From positions 1 through 64,000 of the IMG/VR virus record IMGVR_UViG_3300042473_001540: a stretch of DNA of 64,000 bases; one strand, written 5' to 3'. A model generated the notes under the pieces. The model saw only the letters and a list, made by a program, of their open reading frames with translations. It was not told the DNA's origin and did not search any database. Position numbers and translations under genes: made by a program. Shown here piece after piece: positions 57,181-64,000 of the stretch; within the stretch, counting starts at the first letter, position 1; each line of letters begins with the position of its first letter.

Positions 57181-60100
57181 ATGACGTCTTATCCTTTTTG
57201 GGTTACAGAAGGTCTGCTACCAAGCAGAAGTGAGGGCTATAGCTACAGCAGTAACCCAGAAATACTGTCTTATGGAGAAACTCTAGATCTTCCCTGCAAT
57301 GTAAGCATTCCTCCAATAAATGGAAGTTTGCCTCCTGGCACACGTTTGGAATTTATCAACAGTCAAATTGAGATTTTAGGACAGATTTCAGGAGTTGTGG
57401 GCACACAAACTTTTAGTTTTACACTCCGACTAAACAACGGCACATTTTCAACTGATCGCACATTTTACATAACTGCTACAAATAGTGTTGACATTCTGGA
57501 ATGGCAGACCACCAATACAAGTGTTTTGGGCTACTATTATCAATCTGAACCACAAGAATTCGTAGTGGCTGCCCAAAATACACCTTTGAAATCCATTACC
57601 TACAGCTTTCCTCCTGTTATTACCTGGAGCCAAGGAGTTTCTATTGAAGCGCAAACAGGCTTGGTCACTGTTGACCTGTCTTGGAAACCCACTTCGTTGT
57701 ATTCAATAATTGATTATGTTTTTAACAATGGCTATTTGTATAAGTGTACAGTGCCTGGAAAGAGCGGGATAGCCAATGGTCCTTATGTTTCTGGACTGAA
57801 TATAGTAGACAGCATTGACCCGCCTTGGCAGCCCAATACTTATTATGTAATAAACCAAATTGTGTCAAATGACACTGGAAAACTCTACGTGTGTTTGGCA
57901 AGTGGGTTCAGTGCACCTGCTGGTGGTCCCACAGGCACAGGAGGATATATTCCTGACGGATACCCTACTGCCTGGCAATACATTGCCCAAGCTGCTGTGT
58001 GGGACCAAGTAACACCTGGCACAATTGACTCGCTTGATTTCACAATTATTGCATCAACCAACACTAAAACCATTTCTCAGGTGTTTTCAGTAGGGTTGAT
58101 AAGTCCCCCACATGCGCCTATTTGGATTACTCCCTCAGGAAGCTTAGGCACTATTGCGCCTGGCACTAATTTTAATTTTCCTTTGATAGTATTTGAACCA
58201 GACTTGCAGAGCGTAGCTTTCTCTAGCGTAAACCTGCCTCCTTGGTTAAATCTCAGCATTCTTGGAGAGCTCTGGGGGCAGGCGCCTAATGTCTCTATTA
58301 CCACTGTGTATTCGTTTACAGTGATTGCAAGTGATGGTACAAATGCAATACCGCAAAACTTTTTTGTTACAGTGGCACAAGATGCCAAACAAATCACTTG
58401 GATAACACCAAATGATTTGGGCTCCGTAAATGACGGTGAATTCAGTAGCATACAATTTCAAGCCATTACAACTAGGCCTGGAGCTAGCATACAATACGGT
58501 CTCAGGGGTGGCAATATACCTCCCTACACTATAGTAGTGAGTGAAACCGGCATGCTAAGTGGTTTTGTGGAGTATCATGCTGTTTCCAAAACATATTATT
58601 TTGAAGTAAGTGCTGGAGACGGTGTAGATGTAGCTATTCAATGGTTCCGTCTAACAGTCCAAAGTCAGAATCTTGAACATTATATGAGCATACAGATTCC
58701 CATAACAGGCACAAACAAACTGGACTTTATTATCAATAACAGCACCAGCCTAATGCCACCTGAATATCTGTTTAGAGAGGCTGATAAAAATTGGAGTCGA
58801 AATGACAGTCCAGCAGTCTCTATTATAAATGGTTTAAATTATCAAAATGTTTCAACTGTTAGAGATGCTATTAGCAATTATTTGACAGAGTTTAAGCTGG
58901 GTTATGGCAACGTTTATGTAAGTGAAGGCAATCAACTGCCGTATCAAACATTATTTGTTGCTGTAAAAGATGCGAACAGTAATAGGACTTGGACTCCCTT
59001 TTCATTTTATCATAGTAATGAAAGAGTAAGCACTAGCACCGGACTGCAACTTGTAGCTAGTGTTAGTGGAAAGAGTGGAGATTTTCCTGAACCCACCACA
59101 CCTGGTGCTGATGGATCAGTAGTTTGGCAGCTGGTTGCCTTCCCTAACATCGCTACTAGCCGTTTGTTACCATTGCCTTGGTATCCCCAGCACAGATATC
59201 AAACACAACAAACAATTGTAAATCAAGACCTACTTTTGACTGCACAAACCACTGGTTGGTCAGCAGGTGGGCTAGGACCTTCAGGAACAGCCATTCCCAT
59301 AATAGATAATCAAGTTGTTTGGCTCAAACAAAACAAACAAGGTCCTAATCAAGCTTTTCCAGCCAGTGTCTATAATATCCGGCAAACAACAGAAAGATTG
59401 TTTGGGTTTTCCAACGCCAAAGGCTCTGGGGCACAAGCAACTGCATCAGTGAACTTGAGCAGTGGTGCATTGACAAACATAGCAGTAAATTCCTCTGGAA
59501 CAGGATATTATAGTCAACCCAAAATCTCTGTTATTGGACAAGGCTCGGGCGCACAAGTAGTGGGATATCTAGGTTTGCAGAGCGGTACTATTGAAAGCTC
59601 AACACCTGGATTCTTAGCTGACCAAGAGTTTGAAGTGAAAGTCGGCTCAGCAGTAAATCAACAATTTGGCAAAATAAAAATAGTCAGCGTAAACAACATA
59701 GGTGTAGTAACCAGTATTCAAGTAACAGTTCCTGGACTTTTTTCGCATTTTCCCAAAGGGAACATTACATTTTTCAATGGTACAAAAAACTTTGCAGTAT
59801 TATTTGATTTAGGGGTATCAACAGTCTCTATATTGAGCCCTGGGCAAGGATATCAGTCAGGAGCATTTATTGATTTTTCAGGAACAGAATTACTGCCTTC
59901 TTGGCAAGAAGTTTGGGCAGACAATTTTGTATTATCAGTTCCGTTGGCGGAAGTCTCAGATTCTGGAGCAGAGTGGTTTAAAAACAATCCTTTTCCTGTA
60001 AATCCTTACGATGGTAACTTGATTGAAGTCAAACAAGTGGAGTTGACTGTTCAAGGCATTGTTTGGACTGGATCTACAACTTTTGATGAGGATACTATGA

Positions 60101-60363
60101 CTTGGGATGTTGGCCAAACAGCCTTGGTAGAGTATGAACCCGCTAGCGAGACAGTGTTTGATAACAATACAACTTATTTTGACGAGTTTACAACTGAGTT
60201 TGACTTTGTGAACAACACTAATATTCCCTTTAGCCAGGTAATATTTGATGAAAACAAGACTATTTTTGATTATTATAGCACTGTGTTCAATCAAAGGGCC
60301 TCAGTGACAGCAAGCAGGTTCTCTAGGACATGGGTTTTGAATTTTGGGAAACCTTGGCAATAA
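57181..60363 (+). CDS. Large virion structural protein (baseplate/tail, Ig-like repeats)
   Basis: Repeated WITP.G.LG / LPP Ig-like modules; acidic TxFD tail; TAAATA upstream. Confidence 0.65.
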   Translation: MTSYPFWVTEGLLPSRSEGYSYSSNPEILSYGETLDLPCNVSIPPINGSLPPGTRLEFINSQIEILGQISGVVGTQTFSFTLRLNNGTFSTDRTFYITATNSVDILEWQTTNTSVLGYYYQSEPQEFVVAAQNTPLKSITYSFPPVITWSQGVSIEAQTGLVTVDLSWKPTSLYSIIDYVFNNGYLYKCTVPGKSGIANGPYVSGLNIVDSIDPPWQPNTYYVINQIVSNDTGKLYVCLASGFSAPAGGPTGTGGYIPDGYPTAWQYIAQAAVWDQVTPGTIDSLDFTIIASTNTKTISQVFSVGLISPPHAPIWITPSGSLGTIAPGTNFNFPLIVFEPDLQSVAFSSVNLPPWLNLSILGELWGQAPNVSITTVYSFTVIASDGTNAIPQNFFVTVAQDAKQITWITPNDLGSVNDGEFSSIQFQAITTRPGASIQYGLRGGNIPPYTIVVSETGMLSGFVEYHAVSKTYYFEVSAGDGVDVAIQWFRLTVQSQNLEHYMSIQIPITGTNKLDFIINNSTSLMPPEYLFREADKNWSRNDSPAVSIINGLNYQNVSTVRDAISNYLTEFKLGYGNVYVSEGNQLPYQTLFVAVKDANSNRTWTPFSFYHSNERVSTSTGLQLVASVSGKSGDFPEPTTPGADGSVVWQLVAFPNIATSRLLPLPWYPQHRYQTQQTIVNQDLLLTAQTTGWSAGGLGPSGTAIPIIDNQVVWLKQNKQGPNQAFPASVYNIRQTTERLFGFSNAKGSGAQATASVNLSSGALTNIAVNSSGTGYYSQPKISVIGQGSGAQVVGYLGLQSGTIESSTPGFLADQEFEVKVGSAVNQQFGKIKIVSVNNIGVVTSIQVTVPGLFSHFPKGNITFFNGTKNFAVLFDLGVSTVSILSPGQGYQSGAFIDFSGTELLPSWQEVWADNFVLSVPLAEVSDSGAEWFKNNPFPVNPYDGNLIEVKQVELTVQGIVWTGSTTFDEDTMTWDVGQTALVEYEPASETVFDNNTTYFDEFTTEFDFVNNTNIPFSQVIFDENKTIFDYYSTVFNQRASVTASRFSRTWVLNFGKPWQ

Positions 60364-60395
60364 TGATCCGTTAAATAGCGCAGATATTTTTGTGA

Positions 60396-62638
<2,243 letters not shown>

Positions 62639-62639
<1 letters not shown>

Positions 62640-63064
62640 TGGCAGTAATCAGCAGAGTAAATCCCAATTTTCCAGTTCCTGGTATTGATCAAAGCTCAAA
62701 AGGCTTTCGAGACAATTTCTCCACTATCAAAACAGAGATTGAAAATCTTCAAGGCAAAACAATCTTGATTACTGGCGATGTAGTATCTGGACCAGTGCTT
62801 ATTGATTCAGGCACAAGTCCAGTAATTATCTCCACAGTGGGTTTGGTGTTTCGTCAAAGTTTTGTAGCTGCGGACTTAGTGGGAGGTGTGCTCCCAGTAG
62901 CTCATAACCTGGGACAGAAAATAGTTTTGGTGCAGGTAAGCAACAATTTGAGCCAAGTAATAACACCTGATAGCATTACGCTCACAAGTACCAGCGCATG
63001 TTCAATTGATTTAACAAGTTTTCTGCCACTTGTGGGTAATTGGAACTTGATAGTGAGGGCTTAG
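62639..63064 (+). CDS. Structural protein sharing the FPV...GFRDNF N-terminal domain
   Basis: N-terminus paralogous to 60402. Confidence 0.7.
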
Positions 63065-64000
63065 CCCTCATTTGCCACACTGCTGAGTTCAATCAAACAT
63101 GCTGAAAAATTGATCTCAGGATCAGCACACATGGCATGGTCTCTCAGCCGGTTAGCAATGATAACAATCGCTGCATTCTGTTGTTTATCACTTGGACCCC
63201 ACCAGTTGAGATTTTGATACAAAAGTCGATAAGCTTCTTCAAATTCAGCACCTTGCAGCTTGGGTGCCAACAGCTTTCTGGCTTCTTGAATCTTGCCTTC
63301 GCGGAACAGTCCAACAGCTTGCACGATGTAGTCGCTTGTGGCGCTAGCAGTGCCTTCACCTGGTCGTTGTAGTGTTTTGTTGATGCAGTTTTGTTGCAGC
63401 ATGTTGATACACTTGCGTAGATCAGGATAGCATGCTGATACGTAATCATCCAGAATCTCAAAATTATGTTCAGTGAGATCAATGCCTTCGCTCATAAGAA
63501 CTGTAGCAATGCGCTCTACAAACTGATCGCGTTCAAGGCTTTGGATTTCAAATGTTTGGCACCTGCTCTTGAGTGCTGGAATGATTTTGTGACCATAATT
63601 AGCAGTGAGAATGAAACGTGCCCCATCACTGTAGGTCTCAACCATGTTGCGCAATCCTGATTGCGCTGCGACAGTTAGACCGTCAGCTTCGTCGATAATC
63701 ACATAACGAAACTCGCCCATGGGCATAGTAGACACAAAGTTTTCAAGATCACGTACAAAGTCGATACCATTTGTTGTAGATCCATTTACAAACTTGATAT
63801 CTGAATTATCTACATCCAGCTCTCTCATCAGCATCATAGCTAGTGCAGTCTTACCAATTCCTGGATGCCCAATTAGCAATAGATTAGGCAGATGGCGCTC
63901 AGCTACCCAAGTTTCCACTTGGGCTTTCTGAGCACTGTTACTCCAAACATACTCACTAAGTTGGCTTGGTCGATATTGTTGTACCCAAAGCTTTTTGCTC
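63061..64000 (-). CDS. Clamp loader subunit (gp44/RFC small), 5' end outside window
   Basis: LWVQQYRP, GHPGIGKT, DEAD, SRC motifs. Confidence 0.9.
   Translation of the reverse strand, partial: SKKLWVQQYRPSQLSEYVWSNSAQKAQVETWVAERHLPNLLLIGHPGIGKTALAMMLMRELDVDNSDIKFVNGSTTNGIDFVRDLENFVSTMPMGEFRYVIIDEADGLTVAAQSGLRNMVETYSDGARFILTANYGHKIIPALKSRCQTFEIQSLERDQFVERIATVLMSEGIDLTEHNFEILDDYVSACYPDLRKCINMLQQNCINKTLQRPGEGTASATSDYIVQAVGLFREGKIQEARKLLAPKLQGAEFEEAYRLLYQNLNWWGPSDKQQNAAIVIIANRLRDHAMCADPEINFSACLIELSSVANEG

Overview
A 64-kb piece of a very large (jumbo) tailed phage genome using genetic code 11. Evidence: gp44/RFC-type clamp loader, T4-like late promoters (TATAAATA/TAAATA), sigma70-type early promoters (TTGACA-17-TATAxx), a spanin/holin cassette and collagen-like fibre genes. 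The host is probably an alphaproteobacterium (homospermidine synthase, HemO plus PcyX-like bilin reductase, RpoD); this is inference. The window holds about 27 tRNA genes for 19 amino acids (no Asp seen) and an amber (CUA) suppressor. Auxiliary genes include NAMPT, NMNAT-Nudix, PyrE, Sir2, TilS, SpeD, Dps, SOD, IscA, YhhQ and two GT17 glycosyltransferases, and there are two loci of leucine-rich-repeat (LRR)-like cassette genes. The strongest novel signals concern translation control. (1) A ribosome-dependent attenuator (21225-21491) precedes the tRNA region; its leader peptide has 19 different amino acids in its first 26 codons and overlaps an antiterminator that competes with an intrinsic terminator, a candidate pan-tRNA-depletion sensor. 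(2) A tRNA-Arg has an exact mini-tRNA (acceptor stem plus T arm) inserted in its anticodon, and a tRNA-Thr carries an 87-nt structured insertion. (3) An RF1-like release factor gene has an in-frame UGA at a conserved Trp position. (4) Several unannotated structured RNAs occur, one as two covarying copies. Also notable: an LRR array whose conserved 3' block supplies the next gene's start codon, a homing endonuclease that replaced the NAMPT 3' end, and a hairpin motif shared by both NAD-salvage leaders. Product calls come from motifs recognised by eye; no searches or folding programs were run.
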